Part shown: in pieces, positions 33,306-34,213 of the stretch | Numbering within the stretch: the first letter of the stretch is position 1 | Layout: each line of letters begins with the position of its first letter | Assembly (NCBI RefSeq): GCF_004010195.1 | Contig: NW_025214443.1 | Coordinates: forward strand, 1-34,213 | From: Chiloscyllium plagiosum | Taxonomy: Eukaryota | Reading direction: 5' to 3' | Length of the DNA: 34,213 bases | Notes under the pieces: model-generated | The model's database searches: none | What the model saw: the letters and a program-made list of their open reading frames with translations, nothing else | What the model was told of the DNA's origin: nothing | Translations under genes and position numbers: made by a program

Positions 33306-34213
33306 CGGGTGTGAGGGGGTTAGGATGACGGTGATGGAATCAGCGTGAGGGGGTCAGGGTGAAGGTGATGGAATGAGTGTGAGGGGGTCAGTATTACAGT
33401 GATAGAGTGAGTGTGAGGGGGTCAATGTGAACGTGATGGAGTGAGTGTGAGGGGGTGAGTGTGACCAAGATGGAGTGAATATGTGTCGATTAGTGTGAGG
33501 GTGATTGAGTGAGTGTGAGTGGGTCAGTGTGAGGATGATGGAGTAGTGTGAGGGGGAAAGGATGACATTGATTGGAGTGAGTGTGAGGGGCTAAGTGTGA
33601 CGGTGATGGAGTGAGTGTGAGGGGTTCAGGTAGACGGTGATGGAGGAGTGTGAGAGGGTCAGTGTGATAGTGATGGAGTGAGTGTGACGGGGTCAGTGTG
33701 ATCATGATGTGTGAGTGTGAGGGGGTCAGTGTGACTGTGATGGAGTGAGTGTGAGTGGCTCAATGTGAGGATGATGGAATAGTGTGAGGGGGAAAGGATG
33801 ACGGTGATAGAGTGAGTGTGAGTGGTCAGGGTGACAGTGATGGAGTGAGTGTGAGGGGGTCATTGTGTGGTGATGGTTTCAATGTGATGGGGTCAGTGTG
33901 ACGGTGATGGAGGGAATGTGTGTCGGCCAGTGTGAGGGTGATGGAGTGAGTGTGAGTGGGTCAGTGTGAGGTTGATGGTTTGAGTGCGAGGGGGTCAGGA
34001 TGACAGTGATGAAGTGAGTGTGAGAGGTCAGATTGACAGTGATGGAGTGAGTGTGAGAGCATCAGGTTGAAGGTGATGGAGTGAGTGTGAGGGGTTCAGG
34101 GTGACGGTGATGGAGTGAGTGTGAGGGGGTCAGTGTGACGGTGATGGAGTGAGTGTGAGTGGGTCAGTGTGAGGGAACGGAGTGAGTGTGAGGTGGTTCA
34201 GGATGATGGTGAT
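33306..34213. repeat. 34-bp G/T-skewed minisatellite, runs off the window end
   Basis: (tggagtgagtgtgagggggtcagtgtgacggtga)n with period 34 (34111, 34145). Confidence 0.95.

Noticed and set aside
32515..33705. ORFs in the terminal satellites
   Set aside because: Low-complexity translations of tandem repeats.

Overview
Eukaryotic, repeat-dense, gapped (7 N-runs) DNA, almost certainly from a cartilaginous fish. HE1-type V-SINEs with (ATCTA)n tails plus dense CR1 debris point to a shark, possibly a bamboo or carpet shark (inference). I found no intact protein-coding gene and no convincing host exon. The window contains: many decayed CR1/L2-type LINE fragments on both strands; four HE1-type SINEs; a rearranged Gmr1-like Gypsy LTR retrotransposon (gag with SCAN-like capsid region, order PR-INT-RT-RH, tRNA-Pro PBS, PPT, 3' LTR); a probable solo LTR; a Penelope GIY-YIG 3' fragment; a decayed two-exon Harbinger Myb/SANT gene; and several tandem arrays (35, ~42, 65, 40, ~200 and 34 bp units). 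The most interesting signal is a set of short non-coding insertion elements from at least two families that carry minimal type I hammerhead-ribozyme cores (CUGANGA-stem II-GAAA plus a palindromic stem III). Two are fold-back elements with perfect 16-bp target-site duplications, and they co-occur with a hammerhead-bearing Penelope end, which suggests retrozyme-like or non-autonomous PLE derivatives. A 35-bp minisatellite can also be traced to the CR1 reverse-transcriptase coding sequence it runs into. Family names come from pattern recognition only; no database search was run.
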